A stretch of 64,000 nucleotides of DNA from Gammaproteobacteria bacterium. GTDB lineage: Bacteria > Pseudomonadota > Gammaproteobacteria > SZUA-229. The first letter of the stretch is position 1; every line of letters begins with the position of its first letter. The translations under genes and the position numbers were made by a program. The notes below the pieces were generated by a model. That model saw only the letters and a program-made list of their open reading frames with translations, did not search any database and was not told where the DNA came from. Of the stretch, positions 50,558 through 62,812 are shown one piece after another. The DNA lies in contig JASBSR010000040.1 of NCBI GenBank assembly GCA_030148865.1, positions 62,518-126,517 of the forward strand, read 5' to 3'.

Positions 50558-51727
50558 CTAGAACCATTTAAACAGCCAGTATTTTTCAAACGCCACCTTA
50601 GCCAGGTGCAACATACGACTCGGTTGCTGGAGTTTAATTTGTGGACTGGGTTCGGCAAAGAAATTCCCACTACCGAAACCAGCCTGACCGTCACCAATTT
50701 CGACAAAACATTCACCACCGCCATCGAATGCCACCAGCCTGCCTTTATTGGTTATCACATGCGCCAGGTTGTTCGCCACCACCTCAGCCTCGCCATGGGC
50801 GAACACCCCGGCCTTAGGCAGGGGTTTGCCGATAGTAAGCGGGATATCGGTGACATCACCTATCGCATACACACCGGGGAAACGTGTTTCCAGGGTACTC
50901 CGATCAACCGGCACCCAACCAGATGACCCGGTTAAGTCGGCATCAATAACGACTTGCGGTGCTCGATGCGGCGGAACATAAACCAGAAAATCATAGCTTA
51001 CCACCGTACCATTGCTAAAAATAATGCGTTTTGTCTCAGGCTCAACCCGAGTCACAGTATGTTCGGGGTAATAATGAACATCCTTGCTTTCAACCATCTG
51101 CCGAACCTGTCCGGATACTTCTGGTCCCGCGACACCCATCGGTCCGGGCTCTGGTGTAAAAAGATCAATGCTAATACTGTCACGCACATTGCGCTGGCGA
51201 CAGTCAGACTCCAGCAACATCGCCGCTTCATAAGGTGCTGCCGGACACTTGAATGGTACGCCGCTGACCAGAACCACAAGATGCCCTTTACGAAATTCAA
51301 GCCGAGCATCACGCAAGGCTTCAGCACCAGCGAGCGTATATAAATTATGACCTGCTTCAACAAGGCCGGGCACTGTTTCCGGTATCAGTTCTGCTCCCAG
51401 TGCGATAACAAGATAATCTGCTTTGACGTCAGCGCCATTCACCTGTACCGACCTTTGTTCCGGATCAATCTTGCTAATCTCACCACGAATAAGTTCAATG
51501 CCCGTACTTTCTAATTTTGACAGCGGTCGCGAAATATTACTGGTCTTGCGTAAGCCGGTCATCAACCACAAAAATGACGGTGCAAATACAAAATTTGATT
51601 CACGTTCAGCGAGTATGACGCGATGACTGCCTAATAGTTTTTTGCGCAGGAGGCTGGCAACTGTGATACCACCTATGCCTCCACCAAGAACAAGAATTGT
51701 CTTATCCGCATTTTTGTTGATACTCAT
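50558..51727 (-). CDS. sqr: Sulfide:quinone oxidoreductase-like flavoprotein (pyridine nucleotide-disulfide oxidoreductase family)
   Basis: 389 aa. FAD motif ILVLGGGIGG, FVFAPSFLW and KCPAAPYE Cys region resembling SQR. The third SQR Cys is not evident, so the subtype is uncertain. Confidence 0.55.
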   Translation of the reverse strand: MSINKNADKTILVLGGGIGGITVASLLRKKLLGSHRVILAERESNFVFAPSFLWLMTGLRKTSNISRPLSKLESTGIELIRGEISKIDPEQRSVQVNGADVKADYLVIALGAELIPETVPGLVEAGHNLYTLAGAEALRDARLEFRKGHLVVLVSGVPFKCPAAPYEAAMLLESDCRQRNVRDSISIDLFTPEPGPMGVAGPEVSGQVRQMVESKDVHYYPEHTVTRVEPETKRIIFSNGTVVSYDFLVYVPPHRAPQVVIDADLTGSSGWVPVDRSTLETRFPGVYAIGDVTDIPLTIGKPLPKAGVFAHGEAEVVANNLAHVITNKGRLVAFDGGGECFVEIGDGQAGFGSGNFFAEPSPQIKLQQPSRMLHLAKVAFEKYWLFKWF

Positions 51728-51845
51728 AATTTTTCACGCCATTACTTATAACGCCTTCATTTTTCAGCTCGTCATCCGGCCACAGCAGCTTCAGGGCAAG
51801 CAGTACTTTTCACAACAATGATGACTTCTGGCATAACAACTTCCA

Positions 51846-52190
51846 CTAAAATACCAGGGTTTTGTTAGCATTAATTATGTGTTCTGAAAGCTCCTGCATG
51901 GTACTTCGCCGAGCGCCTTCAATCAGTTCCCCATCAATCAAACCGCGTGCGTCCATGCAGGTACCACAGACCAGCACCTCGCCCTGTCGCAGTACAGACT
52001 TGAGCATGAGTTCAAGATTGTAAAAACCCTGCGGTACTTTTTGCCCATGTTTGCCGCAGCTCACCGCATCAGCCATCAGAAATACCGTCACTTTGCAACT
52101 TTCATTACTCACCGCTTTGGCGACACGCAGGCCGTTAAAACTGCGCTCCGTGCCATAAGGCGGATCGTTAAGAATGATCAAAATATTCAT
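51846..52190 (-). CDS. YchN-like DsrE/DsrF-family protein (cytoplasmic)
   Basis: 114 aa, near-collinear with E. coli YchN (MNILIILNDPPYGTERSFNGLRVA vs MQKIVIVANGAPYGSESLFNSLRLA; LVCGTCMDARG vs KLCKTCTDGRG). Confidence 0.8.
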   Translation of the reverse strand: MNILIILNDPPYGTERSFNGLRVAKAVSNESCKVTVFLMADAVSCGKHGQKVPQGFYNLELMLKSVLRQGEVLVCGTCMDARGLIDGELIEGARRSTMQELSEHIINANKTLVF

Positions 52191-52278
52191 CTCTTTCTCC
52201 TCGTACTGGGCATTTACATCTAACGTATACTTCGAATCAAAATGATAGTGCAGTCCAATGCAGCATCAACTGTAACAG

Positions 52279-52521
52279 TTACATACTTACCATCACTGCT
52301 TTAGCATCACATTTTCTTATCTCGCCAAGCAAGACCTCCGAACTAACAGCTTCCGGGTTATAGGCCACCAGCATAATATGCGGATGTTCTTCATCATTAA
52401 AATGAACCGAAATCACGCCATCATGACTGCGCAGTCCCTGTTCGACTTTATCTCTGTCATCACACGAGCTTTCCGGGTGCAGATGAACAGTAATATCAGC
52501 AATTTTTATATCTGCATTCAT
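52279..52521 (-). CDS. Small hypothetical protein with HMA-like ferredoxin-fold pattern (no CxxC)
   Basis: About 80 aa (MNADIKI...). Beta-alpha-beta-beta-alpha-beta hydrophobic periodicity similar to HMA/TusA-sized sulfur or metal carrier domains. Single Cys (SSCDD). Confidence 0.3.
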   Translation of the reverse strand: MNADIKIADITVHLHPESSCDDRDKVEQGLRSHDGVISVHFNDEEHPHIMLVAYNPEAVSSEVLLGEIRKCDAKAVMVSM

Positions 52522-52561
52522 GATGACCTCCCGACAATTAGCTGTCATAAACTCAGTTGTT

Positions 52562-53530
52562 TTAGTGAACCACTGGCAAATTAGCCTCGATCCACTTTGT
52601 CATTCCACCACGCACAACATGTACATCATGAAAACCCTGTCTTGTTAGTAGTAATGCCGCTTTTGCAGAGCGCTTGTCAGTTCTGCACACCAGTGCAACC
52701 GGATGTTCGAGATACTCGCTTAATTCATTGAATCGACTCGGTAATTCTTCTACAGCAATATTAACTGCGCCCTCGATATGCCCCTGCTCACCAACAAAAT
52801 CATCAGCGGTACGCACATCCAGTACTAAGGTTTCATTATTATCAATACGTTTTTTTAACTCAGGAATATCAATCACCGGACCTCGTCGTATGCTCGCAAT
52901 CAAACGCGGTAAAAATGAAACTGTTGCAAGCAGGGCAAGCGCAATTAATATTTTTTGAATCAAGCCTTCGTTGCCGCCGATAGCCTCACGGCCCACGTAG
53001 CCAATGTAGGTATAGGCCACGGCGCCCGGCAACATGAACACATAGCTCGCTATCACATAATGCAACACCGAAATTCGTGTTAAGCCAAGCGCATAATTCA
53101 GCAGGTTAAAAGGAAACAATGGCATCAGCCTGACAAAGGCCACAAAACGCCAGCCTTCCGATTCCACGCCGTTAATGAGTTGTTTTACCCTGCCTCCGGT
53201 TTTTTCTTCAACCCAGCCTGAGGCAAGATAACGAGATATTAAAAATCCCAGCAAGGCTCCCAGGGTCGCCCCCGTCAGATTGTAGAATGTTCCCAGTACT
53301 GGGCCAAACAAAGCACCACCAGCAAGTGTTAACACGGATCCTGGTAAAAACAACACAGTGGCCAGCGCATACACCAGCATAAATACCACTGGCGCCAATG
53401 CGCCTGCATCATTGATCCAGGCTTCGAGTGCAGCCGCATCAAAGTGTTCTCGATAAATAATTGCTAAAACAATGCCTGCACCGAGACCCAGAATTATCAA
53501 TATACGTATCCAGCGGTTATTTTTCATCAT
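52562..53530 (-). CDS. DedA/TVP38-family membrane protein fused to a C-terminal rhodanese domain
   Basis: About 322 aa. N-terminal polytopic DedA (SNARE-associated) region. C-terminal rhodanese with active-site loop CRTDKRS. Confidence 0.7.
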   Translation of the reverse strand: MMKNNRWIRILIILGLGAGIVLAIIYREHFDAAALEAWINDAGALAPVVFMLVYALATVLFLPGSVLTLAGGALFGPVLGTFYNLTGATLGALLGFLISRYLASGWVEEKTGGRVKQLINGVESEGWRFVAFVRLMPLFPFNLLNYALGLTRISVLHYVIASYVFMLPGAVAYTYIGYVGREAIGGNEGLIQKILIALALLATVSFLPRLIASIRRGPVIDIPELKKRIDNNETLVLDVRTADDFVGEQGHIEGAVNIAVEELPSRFNELSEYLEHPVALVCRTDKRSAKAALLLTRQGFHDVHVVRGGMTKWIEANLPVVH

Positions 53531-54386
53531 TACCACTCCACTCACGACGATTAATGGCATAACTGCTTATCTTGCCAATAAACGGTAACACCAGTATGCC
53601 GTGCAGCCACGAAACCAGCCTGGGATCGTTATACTTGTGAATACCGATTGTCATATTCTCATGACCCGCGCGCGGCTGATCCCGATAAGTGCCAAATAAC
53701 CGATCCCACCAGGGCAGGTTAAAACCAAAGTTACTGTTGGCTTCATCATCTTCGACTGAATGATGCACACGATGCATATCGGGAGTAACCACGAACAGGC
53801 GCACTACTTTATCGATGCGCGCTGGAATGCGAACATTACTGTGATTGAACATAGCTGTGGCATTCAGTAGAACTTCAAAAATAATAACAGCTACTACCGG
53901 CGGCCCAAGTACCATAATGGTTGCAAATTTTATAAGCATGGACAGAATGATTTCGATGGGATGAAAACGCGCGCCAGTGGTGACATCAAAATCTATATCG
54001 GCATGATGTACCCGGTGCAGTCTCCACAGTGCTGGTACAGCATGCACCATGACGTGTTGTAGATAGATAATTAAATCCAGAGCAACAACAGAAACGATCA
54101 CTGCCAGCGGAAAAGGTGTCTGGTAATAATTCAATAGCCCCCAGCCCTGGCTACTGGCAAAGCTGGCCATGCCCACAGCTGCCGCCGGAAATAACAGACG
54201 CAGCACAACACTGTTGAGTACCACCAGACCCAGGTTATTGGCCCAGCGTACCGCTTTGGATACTCTAAGTGCACGACGCGGGGCGATGAATTCCCAGAGC
54301 GCCATGACAGCAAACACTCCCAGAAAAAAGCTGAGTCGGATAATCACCTCGTTATTGCTGACAAATTCATTCATACCCATGGCCAC
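53517..54386 (-). CDS. Fatty acid hydroxylase / sterol desaturase superfamily membrane protein
   Basis: 289 aa with His-box motifs HRVHH (twice) and HxxHH on a polytopic membrane core. Confidence 0.7.
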   Translation of the reverse strand: MAMGMNEFVSNNEVIIRLSFFLGVFAVMALWEFIAPRRALRVSKAVRWANNLGLVVLNSVVLRLLFPAAAVGMASFASSQGWGLLNYYQTPFPLAVIVSVVALDLIIYLQHVMVHAVPALWRLHRVHHADIDFDVTTGARFHPIEIILSMLIKFATIMVLGPPVVAVIIFEVLLNATAMFNHSNVRIPARIDKVVRLFVVTPDMHRVHHSVEDDEANSNFGFNLPWWDRLFGTYRDQPRAGHENMTIGIHKYNDPRLVSWLHGILVLPFIGKISSYAINRREWSGNDEK

Positions 54387-54490
54387 CCTCTTTACGGTTA
54401 ACTGGCATTCAGTCCAGATTTTCTGCTATCATAATAATTCGCAAGTATTCAATAGAGTACTTGAATAGTATCTTAATACGATTAACTGTA

Positions 54491-55159
54491 ATGTCAATAG
54501 TCAATTTCAAACATGATCTGTTCGCCCAGTTCGCCCGTGTGGCCAAAGCGCTGAGCAATGCTAACCGGCTGGAATTAATGGAATTTCTGGCGCAGGGCGA
54601 ACGCAGTGTAGACGCCCTCGCCGAGGTCTCGGGGCTGAGCGTGGCCAATACTTCACAACATTTACAGCAGCTCAGACAGACCGGTCTGGTGCTGTCACGC
54701 AAGCAGGGTCTCAAAGTCTACTATCGGCTCTCGGGTGATGATGTGATAGCACTGCTGGACAGCCTGCGCAGTGTGGCCGAAGCGCGAATGGCCGAAATCG
54801 ATCGGCTCATCAACGCTTACCTGACGATCAAGGACAAACTGGAGCCCATTGCCAGCGAGGAGCTACTGCAACGTGTCAAAGACGGTCTGGTGACGGTGAT
54901 CGATGTGCGTCCTGCGGAAGAATATAAAGCCGGCCATCTCAAGGGTGCGATTAATATCCCCCTGACTGAGCTCGACAGCCAGCTCGAAAAACTGGGCAAG
55001 GAGAAAGAAGTCATCGCTTACTGCCGCGGCCCGCATTGCGTGCTGGCGTATGATGCGGTTGCACGCCTGCGCAAAAAGGGTCGCACAGCACGCCGCCTGG
55101 AAGGTGGCTATCCTGAATGGCGGGTTGCTGGCCTGCCGGTGGAAACGTCAGATAAATAA
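54491..55159 (+). CDS. ArsR-family HTH transcriptional regulator fused to a rhodanese domain
   Basis: About 222 aa from the ATG at 54491. ArsR wHTH (LSNANRLELMEFLAQGERSVDALAEVSGLSVANTSQHLQQLRQTGLV). C-terminal rhodanese with CRGPHCV active-site loop. Confidence 0.75.
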   Translation: MSIVNFKHDLFAQFARVAKALSNANRLELMEFLAQGERSVDALAEVSGLSVANTSQHLQQLRQTGLVLSRKQGLKVYYRLSGDDVIALLDSLRSVAEARMAEIDRLINAYLTIKDKLEPIASEELLQRVKDGLVTVIDVRPAEEYKAGHLKGAINIPLTELDSQLEKLGKEKEVIAYCRGPHCVLAYDAVARLRKKGRTARRLEGGYPEWRVAGLPVETSDK

Positions 55160-55387
55160 TGGAGACGAATAAAAATTATCTGCTCCGAAAAAACTATAAA
55201 CCCGCCGCAAATAACGCAAAAAGATATTGGTCGGGTTTTACCTTCGCCTCCTTGGCGCAGCTTGTGGAAAATATTTTGTTTTTTAAGGTAAGCTCACTGT
55301 CAATCCCGAGCAATAGCGAAGGGATCTCATGCTTCAGTGGTGAAAGATTCCTCTTCGCATAAAACGCTCATCAGGATGACAGAATCC

Positions 55388-55667
55388 GTCCTGTCATCCT
55401 GAGCTGCTTTTGTGAAGGATCTCATGCCCTGATGGTCATAAGTTTTTTCTCCCACAGAATGCTTATCAGAATAATAAATCGGATAATCAAAAAATAATTA
55501 GTCCGCAAACAATGCAAATGAATGCGAATCAAAAAATATTAATTATCATGCTATGAAAATGCCAGGTTTACGAACATAAAACCCGACCAATATCTTTTTA
55601 CCTTATTTGTGTCTGGCTTATAATTTTTACTTTTGCTCGCATTCATTTGCATTGGTTGTGGACTCAT
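55388..55667. repeat. Intergenic repeat family, copy B (MITE-like, with about 34-bp inverted repeats)
   Basis: Perfect hairpin tcaggatgacag-aatccgtc-ctgtcatcctga (55383-55414). S1 segment gtgaaggatctc...gcttatcagaat. S2 gtccgcaaacaatgcaaatgaatgcgaatcaaaa (55511-55544) and its inverted copy (55634-55667, about 30 of 34 matching). Confidence 0.45.
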
Positions 55668-55685
55668 GTTTTTCAATATACCGGG

Positions 55686-57349
<1,664 letters not shown>

Positions 57350-57353
<4 letters not shown>

Positions 57354-57952
57354 GACAGCAACTTTAGAAAAGTTTTATCCGGCGGTGGTCGCGGAAAACC
57401 CGGTACATGCTGCAACCACTTCCAGCCAGCCATATCAGTATTACCGCCATAAACAGGGTCTGTTAACAAAGCTTCAACAATGTACAATAATACTGTCGAC
57501 AGCCAGTTCTCACCAGCTTCGCTGCTGGCAATACGTCGCAATACCTTTTCACGTTTAGCATCGGGTAACACAATAAATGAAGCCTTATACATTTGTTGTG
57601 CGATGCCTTCCAGCCAGCCTGAGCCTTTGATGATAAACTCACGACTCTCACTGTCTAGCGTGGTGTCTGTCATGACAAATTTTAAATAGCTCAGGGCATT
57701 GATGTCACGCGCACCCGGTGCGTTCGTTTCGACAGGAAACAGATGTTGCTGAACGCTGTCTATCACCAACCATGAATCAGAGATCTCCAGCTTATTCGTA
57801 GCAGCATGAGATGCCATAGAAAACATCGTCGCCAGGCTACCACCGGCAGCGGCCAGCAAAAATCGACGGCGCGTTATCAAAGACTGGTGCCCGCCTGATA
57901 ACAGACCGATCGAACAGGATGATCTGTCCAACGGGCGTTGTTTACGATTCAT
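57350..57952 (-). CDS. Tat-signal small subunit (gluconate 2-dehydrogenase subunit 3 family) partnering the GMC oxidoreductase
   Basis: About 200 aa from the ATG at 57952. Twin-arginine motif TRRRFLLAAAGGSLA. Overlaps the GMC gene start by 4 nt. Confidence 0.6.
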
Positions 57953-57968
57953 TATCAATACCTGAAAT

Positions 57969-58895
57969 TCAGGTAGCACCTGTTCGGCTAAAATAACGCA
58001 ATCTGTATAATAGACGTTTGTTTTCATCATTATCTTCAAAACCTGACCGATCATGCAATACATTATTACTCACCAGTCCCTGACCAGGCTGAAGTGTAGC
58101 GCGATAAATATAAGTGGATGATGAATGTAGATATTCAGTCAGTACTTTCAATGCGGCCTGTGTTACTGCATCATCTTTCCATTCAATGCTGTGTGTGCGC
58201 GCCGTATAGCGCATATGTAAATGACCGTCCGACATCACGGAAAACACTGGACCGGAGCGCTGCGGTCGGAGTTCCTTACCATGATTTATATTCGCCGGAA
58301 TGGTCATTGCATCCCCCATTGATAATACTCGAATAAAATCCGGGTTATAATCGCGCAGGTGGATATACGCCAGCTCATGATCCAGCAAAGCATTCTCGCC
58401 GCCACTTGCCGCAGGAGTTACGCAATGCAGGAACAGCGCACCAATTTGTTGATTGAGTGAATTATAGTAGCCGTCTGTGTGCCAGTGTATAGGTTTATTA
58501 GTGTAGGGAATATACGCATCACGCCAGTCACCTGAAACCACGGTTAGCGATGTTACACCCTCTTCTGAACCCGCATTATCATCCAGCTCAGTCAGACCAA
58601 ACTGTTCACCGAATTTCACAGGGATGTCTTTGTCAGGATTATTGCCCGTTTTTCCCGCATAAATTGCCATATTGGTTTTAGCGACCAGAGCATGTATCGC
58701 ATTAAATTCCGCACGACTTAAAACTGCCGGGTTATTGATTTCAACGATCAGGTCTTCGATTTTTTCCGGATAGTCATCGAGTTTATTTTCTCGCCAGACC
58801 CGATAGGCCTTGTCATCATCAAGATCGAATGGATTACCATACCTGTATCGATCAGAAATTTTAGTGGTAGCATGGGTAGATGCTTTCTGTATCAT
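57969..58895 (-). CDS. TauD/TfdA-family Fe(II)/2-oxoglutarate-dependent dioxygenase
   Basis: 308 aa with the IHWHTDG (His-x-Asp) motif and a downstream His, in a TauD-like fold. Confidence 0.65.
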   Translation of the reverse strand: MIQKASTHATTKISDRYRYGNPFDLDDDKAYRVWRENKLDDYPEKIEDLIVEINNPAVLSRAEFNAIHALVAKTNMAIYAGKTGNNPDKDIPVKFGEQFGLTELDDNAGSEEGVTSLTVVSGDWRDAYIPYTNKPIHWHTDGYYNSLNQQIGALFLHCVTPAASGGENALLDHELAYIHLRDYNPDFIRVLSMGDAMTIPANINHGKELRPQRSGPVFSVMSDGHLHMRYTARTHSIEWKDDAVTQAALKVLTEYLHSSSTYIYRATLQPGQGLVSNNVLHDRSGFEDNDENKRLLYRLRYFSRTGAT

Positions 58896-59821
58896 GTGGA
58901 AGATCTCTGCTTGTTCGGGTCGGCCATCATCATGCCAGCCTGTGCATGCCAGTAACCGTTACATGCACCTGACATAATGTATTGCTGAAGAATAGTATCA
59001 GCCTCACTGGCGGTAACCTGTCCCTGCAAATGTCTGTCAAAAGTCTTAATAATCTGTTCTGTATTATTTGACTGTGGGCTGATGCGTAATACATCTATGC
59101 CAAGATCGATAAAATCATCCACATCCCGAATCAGATTATGAGTTTTTGCTGACTGTGTCTGGATGCCATTGAGAACAAGAAACGACTCATCCTCTCGGGT
59201 GCGTAGCATGAGTCCATCTGGATAGTCCAGACACCTGAACTGGCAATCATCTTTGGCCAGATTGTGTGCACGTGCGGTAAAACATCTGGCCGAATAAGCC
59301 AGTGGCAGCCTGCCAAACACAAACACTTCTGTTTCAATCCCCTCGGGACGATTCTGGTGAAGCTCTATCAATGTCGCTTTTGATAACTCGACGGGCAGTG
59401 TCCAGCGCTGCAAGCCAAGTTTTGTCAGCACTGATAAAGTCTGTGAGTTATAAATATTGAGCGCGGGTCCTGTCACAAATGAGGTTTTACCAGACATCAT
59501 CTGTACTCCGGCCATATCATTGGCTTCCACCAGATATTGATTATTGCTGCAGATTTTTCTCAGTGTGCTCAGTTCAGAGCCTGCCTCCAGCAAGGTCAGC
59601 GTTGACAACGCCACCTGCTTACCTGACTGTTGCAACATGATGGCCAGCTGCAGCCAGTCATCAAGACGCATGACACGGCGCTTTGAACACACGGTTTCAC
59701 CCAGATAAATAATGTCTACCGGCGTTTTTGCAATACCTTCATAAAACCTGAACACGTCTTCACGCGGCCAGAAATAAAGGATTGGCCCGAGTGAAAGCTT
59801 TGGCCTGAATTTATTTAACAT
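58892..59821 (-). CDS. ubiV: U32-family peptidase-like protein, UbiV-type (O2-independent ubiquinone hydroxylation)
   Basis: 309 aa U32 family, smaller partner located directly downstream of the larger U32 gene. Conserved Cys present. Confidence 0.65.
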   Translation of the reverse strand: MLNKFRPKLSLGPILYFWPREDVFRFYEGIAKTPVDIIYLGETVCSKRRVMRLDDWLQLAIMLQQSGKQVALSTLTLLEAGSELSTLRKICSNNQYLVEANDMAGVQMMSGKTSFVTGPALNIYNSQTLSVLTKLGLQRWTLPVELSKATLIELHQNRPEGIETEVFVFGRLPLAYSARCFTARAHNLAKDDCQFRCLDYPDGLMLRTREDESFLVLNGIQTQSAKTHNLIRDVDDFIDLGIDVLRISPQSNNTEQIIKTFDRHLQGQVTASEADTILQQYIMSGACNGYWHAQAGMMMADPNKQRSST

Positions 59822-59876
59822 TTTTTATACCCGACAGAAACATTCGGATACAGGCTTTTCACGTTTCGTTTATTCA

Positions 59877-60872
59877 TCACTGCCACGGTCGATGATAAGC
59901 GCCCAGTGTGGTTTGCGAACCTTCTGATACTTTCTCAAGCACTGACAACCACGCTGAATCTACTTTGAAAGTATCAGGATTTTTTAGACAGGCATCAATC
60001 GCAGCACGCCATACTGTTGTCACCTGCGCAACATAGGCCGGACTACGCTGGCGACCTTCGATTTTAATTGCTGCCACACCGACAGATTGTAATTTTGGCA
60101 ATATTGCCAGAGTATTCAGGCTGGTGGGTTCTTCAATCGCGTAATAAGTATTGTTAGCAACATTAAAACGCCCTTTACACAACGTCGGATAGCCGGCCGA
60201 TTCTCCCACAGCATGGCGATCGATCAGCACATGGTTAAGCCGTGTCTCAAGTCCATCCGGAGTTTCTGTCCAGCTAACCGCATTTGCTGGTGAACAGGCA
60301 CCAAAGGTATTGGGCGAACGACCGGTCACATACGAAGACAACATACAACGCCCTTCTACCATGACACAGAGGCTACCAAAGCCAAATACCTCAATCGGTA
60401 CCGGGCTGGTCTGCGCCACGCGTTCCACCTGCCTGAGCGATAACACGCGCGGCAGAACAACGCGCTGAATGGAAAAGTTTTGCTGATAAAACGCAATCGC
60501 TTCTGCGCTGGTGGCTGATGCCTGTACGGATAAATGCAGGCGAAGCTTGGGCCAACGATGATGTGCATATTCCATCACACCAGTATCAGCAAGAATGAGT
60601 GCATCAACCCCAAGATCAGCTGCATGATCAACTGATCGTTGCCAACGAGACCAGCCAGAATCCTGTGGATAGGTGTTGATCGCAACAAATACTTTCACCG
60701 CATGATCATGTGCATAACGAATACCTTCCTCGGCACGTGCTTCATTAAAATTCAGACCTGCAAAATGCCGCGCATTGGTATCGTCACAAAAACCCATATA
60801 AACTGCACTGGCACCGTTATCCACAGCCGCTTTGAGCGATGGTAAATTACCTGCAGGACAAACAAGTTCCAT
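59877..60872 (-). CDS. ubiU: U32-family peptidase-like protein, UbiU-type
   Basis: 331 aa U32 family (MELVCPAGNLPSLKAAVDNGASAVYMG...) with conserved Cys for an FeS cluster. Confidence 0.65.
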   Translation of the reverse strand: MELVCPAGNLPSLKAAVDNGASAVYMGFCDDTNARHFAGLNFNEARAEEGIRYAHDHAVKVFVAINTYPQDSGWSRWQRSVDHAADLGVDALILADTGVMEYAHHRWPKLRLHLSVQASATSAEAIAFYQQNFSIQRVVLPRVLSLRQVERVAQTSPVPIEVFGFGSLCVMVEGRCMLSSYVTGRSPNTFGACSPANAVSWTETPDGLETRLNHVLIDRHAVGESAGYPTLCKGRFNVANNTYYAIEEPTSLNTLAILPKLQSVGVAAIKIEGRQRSPAYVAQVTTVWRAAIDACLKNPDTFKVDSAWLSVLEKVSEGSQTTLGAYHRPWQ

Positions 60873-60893
60873 AATAGTGCTCCAGTATTCTGA

Positions 60894-61568
60894 TTACAGT
60901 CTTATAAACCGACAATAAATAAAGTTTTGTAAAGCCGAGCTCGGTGTCACATGTTTCTCTGTACGCGTTTCAATAAGTTGGAAAGAATCGCCCAGCATAG
61001 CTGAGATAGTCTCTGGACTGTAACGCACAATCTCCAGACCACTGCATTTTTCTGGACCATCCAGACCAAAGGTAGCCATAATAAGCTGTGCCCCCGGTTT
61101 TAAAGCACAGCATACCGCACTCACGTATTTTTCCTGATCATGCGGATCTGTCAGAAAATGAAATACGGCCCGATCATGCCAGATATCATATTTTCCATCT
61201 GCAACAAGTGTGGTGGTATCCAGCCGTGTAATATCATGCTCAAGCCAGACAACCCTGTCAGCATGCTTGCCAAGACGTGACCTCGCCTGTTCGATAGCAC
61301 CACGTGCAATATCAAGCACAGTCAAATTTTGATATCCCGCTGCCAGTAAATAATCCACCAGTGTGGATGCACCAGCACCAATGTCAATAATCCGCGCTGT
61401 ACCACCAACACCGCATGCCTGTACAAGCTCAAGTGAACATTCTGGATGCTGCTGATACCAGCTGACTTCGGTCGCGATCTTGTTCTGATAGACCTGCTCC
61501 CAATGATACTTTCGATTAGAATCCAGCATAGCTTTTGTTCGCGATGATGGCACGGTCACACCGAACAC
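60894..61568 (-). CDS. Class I SAM-dependent methyltransferase
   Basis: 224 aa; SAM-binding motif I (RIIDIGAGAS) and an acidic loop (VLDIA). Confidence 0.65.
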   Translation of the reverse strand: MFGVTVPSSRTKAMLDSNRKYHWEQVYQNKIATEVSWYQQHPECSLELVQACGVGGTARIIDIGAGASTLVDYLLAAGYQNLTVLDIARGAIEQARSRLGKHADRVVWLEHDITRLDTTTLVADGKYDIWHDRAVFHFLTDPHDQEKYVSAVCCALKPGAQLIMATFGLDGPEKCSGLEIVRYSPETISAMLGDSFQLIETRTEKHVTPSSALQNFIYCRFIRL

Positions 61569-62518
61569 ACTTTGTGCCAGCGCGGGATCGATGGTGTTTG
61601 CTGACCAGTATTTTTATCAGGATTCTTCGCCTGCCTGGCCAGCGCAGCTGTGATACGATTTAGCACCTGCCATTTTTTTGAGCACCAGTCGGGTGCCAGT
61701 AGAATACTGGATGATGCCGTACCCGTGAGGCGATGAAACACAACCTCCTCAGGTGTCCGTCTGACCAGCTCGACTGCATCAGCAACGTAATCTTCCAGGG
61801 TTAATGCCCGATACTCACCACGACGCCATTCGTTGGCCAGCTGCGTACCCTTCACCACATGCAGCGGATGCAACTTGAGACCGTCTATACCAAGACTCAG
61901 GACACGCTCCAGTGAAGCAATATAGTGATCCCTGGATTCACCGGGAAGACCAAGAATTAAATGGGCGCACACTTTTATACCCCGGCAGCGTGCCCGTTGC
62001 ACCGCCTGCCGATATTCAGCAAAACCATGCCCCCGATTAACCCGATCCAGAGTCGCATCATGCGCAGACTGCAAACCGAGTTCCAGCCAGACCTCATAGC
62101 CCTGCTGTTGATAATCTACGAGTAGATCAAGCACTTTATCCGGCACGCAGTCGGGACGTGTGCCGATATCAAGCCCGATCACATCTGGCTGGCTTAGCGC
62201 CTGATTATATAAACGACTAAGCTCCTCGACATCGGCATAGGTATTGGTGTACGCCTGAAAGTAGGCCATATATTTTTTTGCACCGGTGCGCCTGCTAATC
62301 ACCTGCCTGCCAGACTCAATCTGCTCAGCAATTGAATCAGGTCTGCGTCCATTCGGACTGAATGAAATATTATTACAGAACGTGCAACCGCCCCGACCAA
62401 TGCTGCCATCACGGTTGGGACAGGTAAAACCAGCGTCGATAGCAATTTTGTGCACACGCTCGCCGTAGCGCCGCAACGTATCCTGACCGAATGTATTGAC
62501 GTAGTTACTAAGATTCAT
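61556..62518 (-). CDS. Radical SAM protein, TIGR01212 (YhcC-like) family
   Basis: 320 aa with CTFCNN... (CxxxCxxC-type cluster region) and a YhcC-like layout. Overlaps the methyltransferase gene start. Confidence 0.65.
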   Translation of the reverse strand: MNLSNYVNTFGQDTLRRYGERVHKIAIDAGFTCPNRDGSIGRGGCTFCNNISFSPNGRRPDSIAEQIESGRQVISRRTGAKKYMAYFQAYTNTYADVEELSRLYNQALSQPDVIGLDIGTRPDCVPDKVLDLLVDYQQQGYEVWLELGLQSAHDATLDRVNRGHGFAEYRQAVQRARCRGIKVCAHLILGLPGESRDHYIASLERVLSLGIDGLKLHPLHVVKGTQLANEWRRGEYRALTLEDYVADAVELVRRTPEEVVFHRLTGTASSSILLAPDWCSKKWQVLNRITAALARQAKNPDKNTGQQTPSIPRWHKVCSV

Positions 62519-62812
62519 TCTCGACCCAGATAGTTTTGAACGGCTATTTTCTACAACTGCACTATAAAATTAATGATCCATATCAAGTAATTCTGCCAGA
62601 CTGCCACAGTGCGTTGTAGATTTAGACATTGTCTGATTTGAGCGTATTCATTAATTTGCGCCGGCTGTAAAAAAATGCGGCCGACGGCAGACTCCAGAGA
62701 TTGACTGGGCCGAACACCATGTCTGGCCAGTATAATATTCGTGTTCGACCTGCTGTTTTCAAACTGGCTGTTTTTAGACCTGATATTTCTTTACCTTGCG
62801 CTGGCTGATTCA

